DNA of 64,000 nucleotides, from contig NW_027361707.1 in NCBI RefSeq assembly GCF_039654945.1, positions 40,548,001 to 40,612,000 of the forward strand. Reading direction: 5' to 3'. The notes below the pieces were generated by a model, which made no database searches, was not told where the DNA came from, and was given only the letters and a program-made list of their open reading frames with translations. The translations under genes and the position numbers were made by a program. This document shows positions 19,732 through 33,186 of this stretch, in pieces. This DNA is from Dendrobates tinctorius. Its lineage: Eukaryota. Positions within the stretch are counted from its first letter, which is position 1. Every line of letters starts with the position of its first letter.

Positions 19732-22700
19732 TTCCACCTCCAGCCACTATAGCCTCAGTGGCGCCGGCCTGATCTTCAGGCTCTCGGGGGTTAATCCTGC
19801 TGGAGACCAGGTTGGATGGTTAGTCACGCCCACGGTCTTTAAATAGTCATGCTGGCCTATGGGCGTCGCCGATTATAGCTTGTGTTTCATACCAAGTGGT
19901 TCCGGTCTGGAGTGGAGGTGTTCAAGAGAGAGAGATTCATATCTGGTGTCGTATGATCCGTCGTTATCCTTTCTCCTTCCCATATTTGTGTTTAGTTGTG
20001 CCCTGTTCACATTACTGTTTATTCCTGTGTGTGTGCGGCGCAGTGCAGTTTAAGTTCTCCCTGTCTGTCATTATTTGTGTGGGAGCTTTGGTGGTGACTT
20101 CTCACTGGGTGGAGGGTGGAGGGTTAAGTGCAGGGCTGAGCAGGAGATAAGGAAAGGTCGGAGGCTCAGGCATTTGCACCTTCAGCAAAAACCCTGGGTT
20201 GAGGGTCAGACAGGGTTTCCCCTAGTAAAGGGACACCACAGGGGCCCCGGGTATTTCAGCCTTAGTTGAACTAAGCCCCCGTGACACCTGAAGAGCGAAG
20301 GGAGGTTGAGCTGAATCTCCCAGGCGTAATGGCTGAAGGCTCCGATCTGGCTTCCGTCATGAACCGTCAGCAGCTGGAGGATGAGATAGCCCAGCTGACC
20401 ACCCGTCTGCGACTGAGGCAGGAGGCGTTATGGATGATGAACTGGCAGCACGCCCAGGAGGGGCCTCCATCAGCAGTACCCCAGTCACCGGTACCCGCCA
20501 CTGCTGCACCGGACCTCCCCCAGGCAGATCCTGTGGAGCCTGCGGCCGCTGCAATACCACCGGCAGCGTCTATCACCATCTCCCCGCTGTCATCACCGCT
20601 GGGTGAGGCCTGCCAGGAGGAGTTGTCTGAGGGCCTGGGAGCTGAAATGGAGGAAGAAGTTGAGCCCTCGCCTGGACCTGACGCAGCTACGCAGGTCCCA
20701 CCAGAGATCCCTGCGGACTCGGAGCCGCCAGCCGCCCCACCATCATCTCCGACCTTGAGTCCAGCAGCACCAGTGAACATTGTACGCCGCCGGGAGGCTC
20801 CAGGTATGATCGCTACCCCTCCCAACGGGTTACCCCTCGAGTTTTCATATAGTGAGGCCGGCATGCTTGAACTCCAAATGGGACAATTAGATGAGCTATG
20901 CTCTCAATTCAGAAGCACTAATCTTACTGCGATGGAGAAGTGGAAGAAGTCCCTGCTGAAAAGGGTCAGGCTGGAGCAAGCGCGTCCCATTCGACATCTT
21001 CTGATCTCAGCAGAAGAGGCTGAGCAGCTGATGGGTGTCACCGTACATCATGGGTTTCCTTTGCCACAGATTCAGAACCCCCGCATCTCCCCCTACAAGC
21101 ACCCACAGACACCGGTACCACCAGATGTCAGGCCAAAAACCAAGATAGTAGTGCCGCTAACTGCAGTGCCACCTGAAATTGAGGAACCACATCCATTGGT
21201 ACCAATTGCAACTTCTGCAGAATTACAGGCAGCAGAGATATCACCAGCAGCAGTTGATGTGCTACCTATACAAGTAGATGCCAACCTCACTCCAGGAGAA
21301 AAGGAGTACCTGCAATTTGTAAACAGTCAACAGGAAAAGGATGTCCAGAAGTTCTCCCCTGGAAGCAGCAGCACAAGTCATCGGCTTCCAGTACCCCAGG
21401 AGGGGAACACCAACACTAAAGGAGAAAATAACTAACTCTGTTACCCAAGAGGGTATTAGCACCATTGTGCTTTTTTTTCTATTTTTCTATTTTTGGTTAT
21501 CATGATGTTTTCCCTGTTGATTCCAGTTTTGTTGCCCCATTTTATTGGCAGCGTTTTTCTTATTGAACTGCAGTGATCGTGAACTTGGAGTGAATCACAA
21601 ACTTTATTGAATATAGTTGCACCTCTTTAGGTGCCCTTTCTTGGTTTTACATAAGTCTTTTAAGAATAAGGGCTACCTCACTAAGAATAAGGACATTTCA
21701 AGACATCTTGGCTGGATCAATGTCTATATTGCACTTATTGATAATGTGTAGTATTTTTGATAGAAAAGAAAAAGTAAGCAGTGAATGCTTTATAGAGTTT
21801 AGACTAATGCTAATATTTGAATAAAGACTTAAAATTTACAGGTGACGAACCCGGCATCAGAGGTTGTCACTTAAGGTTAATAATAGGAAGTAGAAAATGT
21901 GAAAGAAGAGATGAAGAAGAAATGTGTTGATGAAGAATACTTGAAGTGGTAGTGAGTTACTGCCAATAGCACTTTTGAATTAGGTACTGTATTAGAACAT
22001 AGATAGTTAAAATTGTTTTGCAACGTTCAAGAAACAGTGCCTCTCATATTGAGAAGATTTGATAAGAATTGTTTACTAAGCATTACAAAAATTTTGTATG
22101 TTCCTGTATTTGTCAACCTTTGTTTTTCTTGCAGCCTACGGACGTGCTGTGTTTAACGGGGGGGTATGTGGCGCCCCTGAGGGTTCAGTCGCCACAGAGG
22201 TACTGCACCTCCTCCTAAGGTTGGTACCCCACCATTCAGGTAAGGTGGAGACACCTGACCACATTCCAACACCTGCATCCCACACAACATAGTAGTGTAG
22301 CAAAGCACCCTTTGGTGGCTCCCTGCTTGGAACACGAAGCGTGCTGGAAGGCAGGTGGAGTTTAGTCTGCACTAAAAGAGCGGGAAGAGTGTAGGAATTA
22401 GTCAGTTTGTCACAGGAGTCTGATGAAGTCAGTCTGTGAAAGGAGATCCCCAGAGTGGGATGGATGAAGGAAGAGATGCAGTCGACCTCAGGGACCTGGG
22501 TCCACTGGCACAGGAAAGGAGCATTAAAAGAAAGCCTGACTCGCCATAAGAAGGGAAAGATTAGTACGGAACGTGAGGAGAAGAGAACCAAGGATTAGGG
22601 TTAGAGGAGAACCCTTCCCAAGTTCTAAGCGCAAGGCCGGGGTCCGGTCCCCGAGGTTGCATGGATACTAATGGTCCTGCAGCAGACACCGGAGGAATAG

Positions 22701-23464
22701 AAGTTGTCACCACTTTATTCCCACACCAGACTTGGGGGCACAACAGCAACGTGTGTGAGCCGGGACTAGGTAGTAAGGAGTTCCCAAAGCAGGCTACAGC
22801 TGTCTGCCGTACAAGTAGAGTTCATAGAAACATCTGACAGGAGGAACTCCAGTGTAACTCAGTACTGTGAGTACTTTATCAAAGGCGCTAAGAGGGAGAA
22901 GTTCAGAAAAGGCACATATGTTGGCGGAGTGTTGGAAAGGAGTACTTCATCTTGCCTGGAAGTTGGCTGAGCTCCTGACCCGGAGGACACGGCTCGGATG
23001 CGGGCTCTGGTGCCACAACAGACTGAGTAAAGCTTTGGAACTACATGCCCCGGTATCCTCCACTTATTCCTGCGTCAACCTGCCCAGCACTGCTACATCC
23101 CCTGCGCCCGACACTACACCATCTAAGTGTCACTTCACCTACTCTGCCCTGGGACTACAGCCCTGCCTGTGGAGGGCTATAACATCATTGCTGCACCACA
23201 CCATCTGTCCCAGAGGATCTGTCTGCAGCGTCGGCTCAACATCTTCATTGCCGAACACCACAGGTGGTGTCACGACTCATTCATTCATAAACTCTAATCA
23301 TCATAAGCACACTGAACATTTCCCCCTTTTACATTTGGGCGCCCAGGGCCACGGGCCGGGTCCCAGCTGCTGTGACATCTCCCATTGAAGCTCATCGGCC
23401 CGGTACCGAGTACCCCACAGCTCTGGGAGGGTGACCTATGTAGAATTGACCTTTGTCTCACCAT

Positions 23465-23761
23465 CAAGGGAGAAAAGAAAAAGAACCACTGTAGGATATG
23501 CACACCACCCACGCAATAATAAAAGAGGAAAACTTTATTAGTAACCATGAAAAAGTTAAAACACAATTAAAACCGTGTGGGTCCCCACCCCCATGCAATG
23601 TACATTACCACAAGGTAGAGACCATTCTAGGCAATGAGAGTACAAAGCCATGTACAAAAATTCATGGTTGCTAATAACGTTTTCCTCTTTTATTATTACA
23701 TGGGTGGTGTGTATATCCTACAGTGGTTCTTTTTTTTTTGGTTCTTTTTTTTCTCCCTTGG
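23465..23761. repeat. Inverted repeat with ~90-bp arms, possibly Penelope-like termini
   Basis: aagaaccactgtaggatat...taaccatgaa is mirrored by ttcatggttg...tatcctacagtggttctt. Confidence 0.6.
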
Positions 23762-24705
23762 CATGTTTATAGTTCACCACTGATTTTGGACTCCTGTTGC
23801 TATGTATATATATATATATATATATTAGCAGCATTTGTAGTGCACCTTGTGCATAGTTCTAGGACTTTGTCTCACCACTAGCACATTTGCTGCACCTCTC
23901 ACAGCTCTGCTGTATTGCACCACTGTCTGCCTTTGAGATAGAAGCTGAAGTCCTGAGAGGAACCTGCAGATATGTCAGTTATAATCACACACAGCTCTGC
24001 AGTAAGATCAGGAGAGCAGAGAGCTGCCACATTTGTCACATTGGTAACTCTTATTTAAAATACTCTCTGGAGACCGATTCTCAAGGAGGTCTTTGTCCAG
24101 GCAATAGATGTTAACAGCTCATTTACGTATAAAAAAATATGGATTTCTCTTGAGTAAGATATCAGGCCTCAGATATCAAGGTATCATTTTATTCAGCTTC
24201 CTAAAACCTGCATGCCCATATATACGGCATAAGAGGGTTGATCCTACTGACAGGTTTCCTTTAAGAGCACGGAACAATTTATTATAAATCTTTCAGTGTG
24301 CATAGTTTATCGTTGTCTGCCTGTTTAAACCTATGAACCACCGCAGGTCAGTAAAAATGTACCGATTAGCAGTCACTGAGTGCCGGCCCTTGGATCGTTG
24401 AAATGGACCCTTTGTGGAGCCCATTGTGAGCTGTTGTCATTACAGCCTCGTTTGCACTATTATTGGGGCTACTTGTGTTTGAAAATCTAAGATATCTGTC
24501 AGATAAATGCTTGTTCAACTCATGGCTAAGTATCAAGACTCAGTTGAGTGTTCATATGCAGAGATGAGAAAACTCGAACGGTAAAGTTCGGGGTTTGTAC
24601 CGAATAACTAGTGTTGGGTACCTGATTCCCAAACATGGACTGTTCAGGTTCAGATGCTAAATAAGATTTCTTGAAAGACTGTAGCGCAGCCAATTAGGCT
24701 GTGGG

Positions 24706-25892
24706 AGTGACACTCCAGAGTCCGGTTGTCACAGTGACATTACCTCCCTCTAATGGGTAAAGTCATGCTTGGAGGCAAAAAGGGACCCCCATGCCAGGCA
24801 GCATAGATTATACCATAATTTCCTGCTGCAGGTCAGAAAAGGGAGATGCCTTATAAATTCTGGCCAGCAGAGGGGGTTGGTGAGTCAGCTAGAAATCAGC
24901 TGAGGGGGTTGTCATGGAAACGAAGCAGCTGTGAGCTGTGAGGAAAAAGGACAGTTACAACGTGAGGACGTGAGGCAAAAAGATCTTTCTGGAAGATCCT
25001 GTCAGTTCAAGACAGGCAGCTGATCTGTGAAGAGGGAAAGGACAAGAGCAGAGACTGAGAGACTCTGGGGAAGCTAAAATACTGCATATACTGTAGCAGA
25101 CCCCTGAGTGAAGCGCTAATAAAGAGAAAAGGGACATCAGAGTCCTAGGCTGACAGGAACTGTACGCCCTGATAGCCGAATCTGAAAGTACAGGGGATTG
25201 TAAATTCCTGTGCACATTGAACACCTGAGGGCACGGCAGCGGATGAGGAGCCCGGGGCCGATGGTGAAGAGAACGGTACCCGTGGAATAGGCTCACGCTA
25301 ACAGCCGTACAGGTTAGTGAAACCATCACGAACAGAGGGTCGCAGCATAGTTATATACAGCGGAGACCCACACACATAGCGCAGAAAGGAAGGTCCTAAA
25401 TCCCCACCTGGCAAGGTGGATCCCCTGAATGCCTCCAGGCGAGCCGGACTCATTCCATCACCTGTATGTGGTACTCCGGACTGCAACCTATTACCAGTAA
25501 AAGGTAAAGAAACTGCACCTCTGTGTCTTTCTCTCATTTATCTGCACCCCAACGTTTACAGTCACTTTTACTATTTATTTAACATCTTTGCCCTGGGACT
25601 ACAGTCCTACCTGTGGAGGGCTACAACATCATAGCTGCGCCCAACATCCATCCCAGAGAAGCAACACCGCAGAGCTGGTCACCTCTGACTAGAATACCAC
25701 AGGTGGTGTCACGTATTTCACCATCTAATAACTTTGTTTTCATTTTTACCACATAAATACCACACAACTTTGCCCTATTTTATTACTGGATGTCTCTGGG
25801 ACACGGACCGGGTCACCGCCGCCGTGACACCGTTCCCCATGGAAGTCGACGGGCCCGGTACCGAGTACCCCCAGGTCCCGCGGGGCGCTCCA
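24706..25892 (+). mobile_element. Solo LTR related to the 13208 family
   Basis: 4-bp duplication TGGG. Shares ccctgggactacag, accacaggtggtgtcacg and terminal ggcccggtaccgagtacccc...gggcg..ca with the 13208 LTR. The 5' TG is mutated to AG. Confidence 0.8.
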
Positions 25893-26804
25893 TGGGCATC
25901 ACAGCTATGTCAAGTATTGACATTGACCCTGAGTGGTAAAATGTGGGATCACAGGTACTGCCGCCTTTCTGCTCTGTTTAGCGTAGGGACAGGGTGCAGC
26001 TGTAATGAGGGAAAGTATTAGGTTTTGTGTGTGTACAGTTTTCAAAAAAGCCTCTCTGTATGTACTCTGCACCCTTTTCTGTGGGAGTAGTGTGCCTAAC
26101 CAATTCTTTCTACTCTGCATCTGTGTCTTTGGGAGTAGTGTGCATAAAAAAAAATATATAATCTGTACCCATGTCTGTGGGAGCAATGTGCTTGACAGCA
26201 CGTTTTTCTACTATGCACCCATATCTGTGATAGTACAGTGCATGAAAAAATGTTTATAATCTGGAACCACTTCTGTGATAGTACTGAGTAAAAACAAGTT
26301 TTTTCCACTGTGCACCTGTGTCTGTGATAGTACTGTGTGTAAAGAAAAAAATTTTATACTCTGCAACTGTGTCTGTGGGAGTATTTTGCGTAAAAACAAA
26401 TTTTCAAATTTTTCTAAATTGCACCCGTGTCTGTGGGAGTAATGTGCCTAAAACCACTTCAAAAAATGGGGAGAGCATCAAATGGGGGATGTAGACTTGG
26501 TGCTGCTAGTGTAGCGTGCCCGTAATACAGCTTGGTGCAGTTTGACTGTAATACAGGCTGGAAACACCAAAAAGAAAAACTTCATAAACAGGAAAACAGA
26601 AAATATAAAATCAAAATGCATTGAAATGTACAGTTAAACCAAGCCATAAAAGGCAAAGAGTAGGCAAAAAGGTGAAAAAACCACAGATGAGGTAGATAGG
26701 TGGCAAAGCCCAGAGACTTAGAGTAAGGTAATAATACAATAAATACTCAATCATAAATAGACAGGCAGTTAGAATATCAGTCATTAAGTTAAATCCCATG
26801 TGTA

Positions 26805-27310
26805 ATACATCTTTTCCACAGTCCATAACTTGATAGCTTTTTCCATACACTCATTGACAGATTCATGTTCTTTATCAGAATCTATAGTCAGAAATGTATT
26901 AAAGTAGGCAAAATTAACTCATTGAATGACCATTGGCAGTTTCACTGTACCATTGGTGTGTTTGTGGTAGTCGTGGTGCAGGGCCTCATCTTTCTTAAAT
27001 CCAATCTACTTCACAATCTTTTTAAATTTGTCTCCAAATTTTTCAGAAGCCATGTCAAGTTCTTGCGTTTTGCCATCTTGATGTGTTTCTTTTTGTGTCA
27101 TATCAGTATCAACTGCTAAAAATGGGTGTTCATTCTGAAAATACATGTCTTCCACAGTCCACAACTTGATAGCTTTTTTCCATACACTTATTGACAGATT
27201 CATGTTTTTATGGTAATCTGTAGTCAGAAATTCATCAAAGCAGGGAAAATTAATTAATTGAATAACCATCTGCACATTCACTGTACCATCCCTGTGTACG
27301 TGGTAGTCGT
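26805..27310. repeat. Diverged direct duplication, period ~336 bp
   Basis: atacat..ttccacagtcca.aacttgatagc...gtggtagtcgt occurs at ~26805-26973 and ~27141-27310. Confidence 0.7.
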
Positions 27311-27315
27311 CTCAG

Positions 27316-27588
27316 ACTTTAATGTACACTACTAGAGCTAGAATAATCGAGGCTGCTGATACCAGATTTGCCCTCCAATATATCCTTGTTAAAGGATTTA
27401 ATGTACTCATTCCAATTACAGAGAGTACAAAGAGTCATAGATGGTTATTTCCTCTTGCTACATCACCTGCTCTGGAGTGTTTAATTTTGGGTGACTGCTG
27501 CCTTCCTTGGATGTGGTAGCTGTTTCTCATGCTTCCTCTCTGGAATCGAATCCTGATTCTCCGTTACCCGTGGTCACCATGGAAGGCA
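27316..27588 (-). pseudogene. Degenerate 18S rRNA fragment
   Basis: Reverse complement of conserved 18S motifs: gctgctg..accagatttgccctccaat, ctcattccaattaca, ctgctgccttccttggatgtggtagc, ggaatcgaa.cctgattc.ccgttacccgtggtcaccatgg. Many substitutions. Confidence 0.9.
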
Positions 27589-27599
27589 GTCGGTATAGC

Positions 27600-28885
27600 A
27601 TGGGGGGTTGGTCAAAAAAGAGCGTAGCTCGCTGTGTGGCAGGTCCCAAAGCAGCAGGCGTATGAAAAACACCCCTTGCATGGGAAGGGTTTAAGTAACT
27701 GGCCTCAACTGCCCTGCCTCATCATCCACTGCACCCAAAGCAACGCACAGGGTCGCTTGTGAGAGGGGCGGGGGTGTGGGGGCCTATACAGTGCCTCTGT
27801 CAGACTTAGATCTGCCTCCTCGTGGGGTGTCTTCAACCCACCAGCGGACAGGCTCGGGATTGGGAAAGGGGGGCTGGCCATCAAGGTCCACTGCGCCTCC
27901 GGCAGAAACTGGGTATGTCCTACCACTAGTGACGTGTGTGCCGTATTGCGCAGCTTTGAGTACTCCACGAACATGGCAAGCGCTGATGAGGCCCATCATC
28001 ACTGTTACTATCTTAATTCTATGCTACCTTGAAAAATCCTTCAGGTGATGATGGATGAGGTGGTGGCACAGAAGGAAGAGAAGAAGGAACAGGGATCATT
28101 CACACCATTATCAGGCCAGTCGTCCACACATGGGTGGGTTCCTGTACCAACAGCCAGGGAACAGTTTTGGAGGATGAGGATGAACATTTACAGCAGGGTG
28201 GAACTCAAAGCAGCTCACAGGCATCATGAGCATGGCAGGGAGGATACAGAGGACCCAGATGATACATCTAGGAGAGCTTGTCATTGCTTCTGGGCAGCCT
28301 GGCACACATGAGCCAATACATGCTCCTGTGCCTGAGCAACGACCGCTGAGTAGCCAGAATAGTTACCAATGATGATTACTGGGTGGCCACCCTGCTGGAT
28401 CACTGCTACAAGGACAAAGTACCATCCTTACTTCCATCACTGGAGGATTGGAAAATGCGGGAATACAAGCGCACACTGGTGGATGCACTACAGACGGGGT
28501 TTCCACCTGACAGCATGGGCTCAGTGAAAGTACAAGGCAGACGTAGAGGACGAAGTCACAAATGCAGAAGGGCCACTAGCACCACCTCGGAAGGGAGGGT
28601 TAATTTGGTCAAAATGTGGAAAACCTTCCTTAGCATGCCATAACAACCGACACCACCAGATAATATGGTCCATGTTAACAGGAAGCAGCGTTTTAACAAC
28701 ATGGTGGAAAAGTACGTGTTCACATGTCTCCACATACTAAATGATGTGACTCCCTATTTATCTTCTGGGTCTCCAAATTGGACACAAGGCCTGAGCTTGC
28801 CCTTTATGCCTCGGAGGTGCTGGCCTGCAATGCCGCAAGTGTACTGTCAGAACGTGTGTTTAGCATGGCAGTGGGTGTGATCAGC
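27600..28885 (+). pseudogene. hAT (ZBED-like) transposase remnant
   Basis: YWVATLLD and the dimerisation motif FWVSKLDTRPELALYASEVLACNAASVLSERVFS, with stops and frameshifts. Confidence 0.85.
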
Positions 28886-31742
28886 AGCAGTTTCCTTATT
28901 GAGACACCCATCACTTGGGTGTCCCAATATGGCGGTTGGTGAATTTCTTCCACTTGGAATTCTGGGATACGGTGACATCTGGACAGAACCGGAAATTAAA
29001 ACATTACAAGGCATTTATATAAATAGATTCTATCCTCTGAGTTTGTTCCCTTCCTCACTAACCTTTTCATTGCAGCTTTCCTTCAGGGGGCTTGTATCAA
29101 TCGATATACTGACTCACGCACCATAATTATCCCTAAACCTAACAGAGACTCGTTACTGCCACATTCATGCCGCCCAATCTCACTCCTCAACCATGATTAC
29201 AAACTCCTAATGAAGATCTTAGTAAACCATCTACAAATGTTGTTGCCTGGTCCTCTGTGTGGGGCCCGGACACATTTTACCCAGGGATGGAGCAGTATGG
29301 CAAATATACACCTGGCAGTCGCAGCCACGGTCTTTGCCCAAGATGCATCACGACCACCTGCAATGCTGATAAGTCTGGATGATGAAAAGTCCTGTGAAGA
29401 AAAGACCCGGACGACAACATTTCGCCAATGCTTTTTCCAAGGGGCATGAACAAGGGGCAGGAGGAGGTTCCTTAAATATATTGCAATAACCAATGCGTGA
29501 ATATTCAGTGTAAAAGCGGCCAATCATTGTCCAGAGAGTAGGCGGCGCATAACCCACTCACTGGTTACTCATAGATGAAATACAGACTTCCAATCCCTGC
29601 GCTTGGAACGCATGCGTGGAGTGCGCATGAACGGAAGTCATTAAGTGCTGAAAGTGCGCATGTGCATGATCTCCGTCAAGCGATGCAATGTATAAGGAAG
29701 GAGGAGCCTGTAACTCATGAGACTTAATAGTTCTGTATATGCAATATGTAGCCCAAAAAGCATTGGATATATCTGTGGAGTTGATCCAATGGAATATTTT
29801 AAAGTCACAATTGGTTCCACCATGCGTTCCGAGCACAGAGACCAGAAGTTCACGCCCCTTGGAAAAAGTATCGGCAAAACGGCGTCGTCAGGGTCTTTTC
29901 TTCACATGTGGACATGATTCATTCCTTCTAAGTAAGTTTTACGTACTTCTTGTTCTACTTGTTTTCAACAAAGTATTTACCATCTCTCTTGATCTCCCTT
30001 GATGAATGCCTTATGAATTGCACTAACCACTTTATATTTAGGTTGTTTCATCTCATAGCTTATGTTATGCAGTTTAAACTACATATTTACTGCTGACTGT
30101 AGACTCCAATTTGAATGTCTTTAGCAAATGAAAAGGTGTCTATAATTGCATTATGGCCTTTAGATTTTATTTATTTTGCACCGATTTGTTAATGTTTAGA
30201 CATTTTGTGTATTTGAGTCCTTTATGATAATGGTAAAGTTTACATTTAAATAGATTTATATTGGAATGGTGTCTTTATGAGGTCCCTCTTGCTGTGATAT
30301 AGCTATAAATCCACATGTTAATTGTTCATGCAGGTTTCCTCTGCTTTTAATTTCGTAGCAGTTTTTATCATTTTTTTATTAAATAAACATTTTTAAGATA
30401 CTTTAAGCATATATCTCTTCTTTAATCCGAGAATACTAGGATCTCAAATTGTGAGGTTATACTTCATCCCTTTGGGAGCACACACACAATCAGTAGCAGC
30501 ATGAAATAATACTGAGCAGTGTAGATGTGAATGCACCACTGGGATAAGCTAGATTCTGCACTGTTTTTCCTTCCACTCTTCTCTCAGTACAGTTTCCATT
30601 TAAAGAGGTTTTCTGACCCCAAAACTTTTTTTTTACAATAATATTGCAGTGTTCCTATCTTTACTTCATGCCCATTGTCAATTCAGCACCGCTAGCCCAG
30701 ACTGACATGGTCTACTTCTTGATTCACATTTTTCCTATTTCCTCTTATTTATTTATTTATTTAATATCAGCCCTAGAATCGCCCTAACTGTGCTCCTTTG
30801 CTCCAGAATTTCCCACCCTCTGGAATCACCAGCAAGAAGAGTGGTGATGATGACGCCACTGGTCATGTCGAAACAATTCAGAGCACAAGAGCCCTCTGTC
30901 TTATCAGTATGCTATCAAGTCCTCGAGAATCTGGAATGATGATGGTCATGTGACGACGTACTAAAAGTATTGCAGACTGGATACAATGGTGCACACATCC
31001 CCTTTAACTTGTCTCTAACCCCAATTTATCCCAAGATGTCACTCAAAGAAGAAAAAAAAAGTATAAGTTTTATGTATGCCTTAAGCATCTATCATTCTTA
31101 GGCAACTATGTTAAAAAAGATTTATGTTTGTTACTGGATAACGATGATGGATGACTCTAATGGATGACATAAATCCAGCTGTCATCTATAGGCTCCCATA
31201 TTAAGAAAAAGAAAAGTTTAACATGTCCAACTAGACAGCGCATAATTACCGTAATCGGTATCATGAAAAATTGTATAGTGTTCAAGCCATTTACACCTTT
31301 GCACTGATTTTTTTTTGTGTAGAGTACATTATCTAGCTAGCGGGCCTGCAATAATTGACAAAAATCTCCCTCTGCTGTTCTTTTTTCTTCTGCATTGAAG
31401 GCCTGTCAGTGGTCACTGGGCAGCCCTAAAACTGGCTATCACAGATAGGCTTAGTGCAAGCTACTCCATTTACCAGATCTCAGGAGGAAAAAGCTATAGC
31501 TCATCACCCAATGAATTTCAGAACAGTTCTGATACAGGAAAGATATATATCTTTGTTTTGTTCATGCTCTGTGTAGGGAGCCTTCCAACCTACAGGTGAT
31601 CATGAAAGAAGGAGGAGGAAGTTCCACTGGCGGTAATCTACTGATGACCAAAATCGAGCAGTTTTAGCAGTAAAATTTCTTCTTTAAAAGAAAAAGTAAA
31701 GCATGTACAAAAAATGGACTACAATGACATACTCGGCGATGT

Positions 31743-33186
31743 TTAACTCCTTAGTGACGGAGCCAAATTTTTGAAATCTGACCAGTGTCACTTTATGTGG
31801 TAATAACTCCGGAATTCTTCAACATATCACATTGATTTTAAGTTTTTTTTTTTTCCTGACGTATTATACTTTATGATAGTGGTAAGTTTATGGTGCTATT
31901 TTCTGCCTTTATTTATGCAACTATCAGAAATTTTACAAAAATTTCAAAAAATTACCCATTTTCAAACTTTGAATGATTAACATTAATACAGTAAATAACA
32001 TTTCCCTCATCCCTGCTTTACGTCACAGTGCACCAATTGTAAAATGTTGTTTTATGTTGTTAGAATTTTAGAAGGTTTAAAAATGTAGCAGTAAGATTTC
32101 ATTTTTTTTCAAGGAAATTTTTACAAAACTTATTTTTTTAGAGACCTATTCAGTTTTGAAATGACTTTGGGGGTCCTATATATTGGAAACCCCCAAAAGT
32201 GATATCATTTTAAAAACCGCCCCCCCCCCCTCGTTATATTCAAAATTGCTTTCAGGTAGTTTATTGACTGTGCTGTTCCATCTAAGGTTATGATTGTATG
32301 CTTATATAATTGTGTTATGTTACCTTTCTTTGTATTAAGTTTTGCATCAGGTCTGCTGCCACCTGCTGTCCTTTTCTGTATAGCAGACGGCAGCTAATTA
32401 ATTCTAGTACATGCCTCTCACTTCCAGGTCAGATGGCTCCTTCTCTTCCTGCCGGTGGCCATTACTAGATTCATCTTCACCCGGGAGAGACACACTTACC
32501 AGGCTGTGGAAGGCATCAGTTTTTTGACCACTTCGTTGCTCACACAACTTGCTGCACACATCTTGCTGTACCACCTGGGTTGTTATTGTTACACCTGCAT
32601 TTCTGGAGAAGTACTGCATTACCAATCATACGCTGTATGTCCAGATCTCCAATAAACAAGTCTGGACTTCACAATATCCGGTGTGTATCATCTCTCCGGA
32701 CGCATAAACAGCAAACCAGCAACAATGGTCCTGTCTGCTCTGCACTGAGGAAACGGAAGGTAGGAATCTCTCCCAGCCCCACTCATCTACACCTCTATTC
32801 GCCTCATGTGGGGACAGAACATTAACCCTTCAGATGCTTTTCAGGAATTAATGCATGACAGGAATGAAGAAGTTTATTTTTAGCACCTAAAACTTTCTAA
32901 CTTCTAAACAGTCCACTGTAGCCGACAGACTCTAAGCAAGTCATTTGTCCACGTATTGCCATCACAAATATCAGGACCACACAATCAAGATCTCAGGGTG
33001 CCGATGGGGGTTAAAGAGGGAGCCCCCACATTCTGTTAACCATCTAGATGCTGTCGTCATTATTGACAGCAGCATTTAAGGGGTGAAACAACTATAGTCA
33101 GTACTAACACTGCTCGTGGCTGATACAGTAAGTTGTTAGCTGTAGTGGTCAGTAAAAAGACGCATTGGTGGTCACAATGGGATTAA
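31743..33186. mobile_element. Decayed piggyBac-like non-autonomous element
   Basis: Starts TTAACTCCTTAGTGAC and ends GGTCACAATGGGATTAA. Related pieces at ~12100-12330 and ~50906-51365. Confidence 0.5.

Larger units (their letters stand above)
14880..20286 (+). mobile_element. Ty3/gypsy chromovirus (Tf1/sushi group), full length, copy 1
   Basis: 604-bp TG..CA LTRs (14880-15483, 19683-20286) with only about 3 differences seen. 5-bp duplication CCTGA. Intact gag and pol frames. Confidence 0.98.
14566..21435 (+). pseudogene. Unknown Pro/Glu-rich ORF of the non-autonomous LTR element, interrupted by the gypsy insertion
   Basis: Removing 14880-20291 (insert plus one CCTGA copy) fuses ...EGERRP to EERREVEL... 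in frame, giving ~485 codons with no stop. Confidence 0.75.
13208..23438 (+). mobile_element. Non-autonomous LTR retrotransposon with ~1.27-kb LTRs (13208-14479, 22167-23438)
   Basis: Direct long repeats, 4-bp duplication TGTA, PBS at 14484-14501, G-rich PPT before 22167. No gag or pol motifs in its own ~2.3-kb internal region. Confidence 0.92.
12963..24264. mobile_element. TTAA-type (T2/Kolobok-like) MITE split by the large LTR element
   Basis: ~12966-13120 is the reverse complement of ~24110-24260 (tcagtaggatcaaccct...gctgaataaaatgataccttgatatctg). The right end is TTAA. Confidence 0.7.
24559..28885 (+). mobile_element. Decayed hAT DNA transposon; right end not seen
   Basis: Left end CAGAGATGAG..CGAAC..GTTCG, a ~60-bp tandem block at 26050-26455, and transposase remnants downstream. 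Continuity across the whole span is inferred. Confidence 0.55.

Noticed and set aside
27316-27588. Functional rRNA gene
   Set aside because: Short, heavily mutated fragment with no rDNA context.
29850-29895. Possible Penelope-type hammerhead ribozyme remnant
   Set aside because: The core CUGANGA and GAAA boxes cannot be read intact; too degenerate to call.
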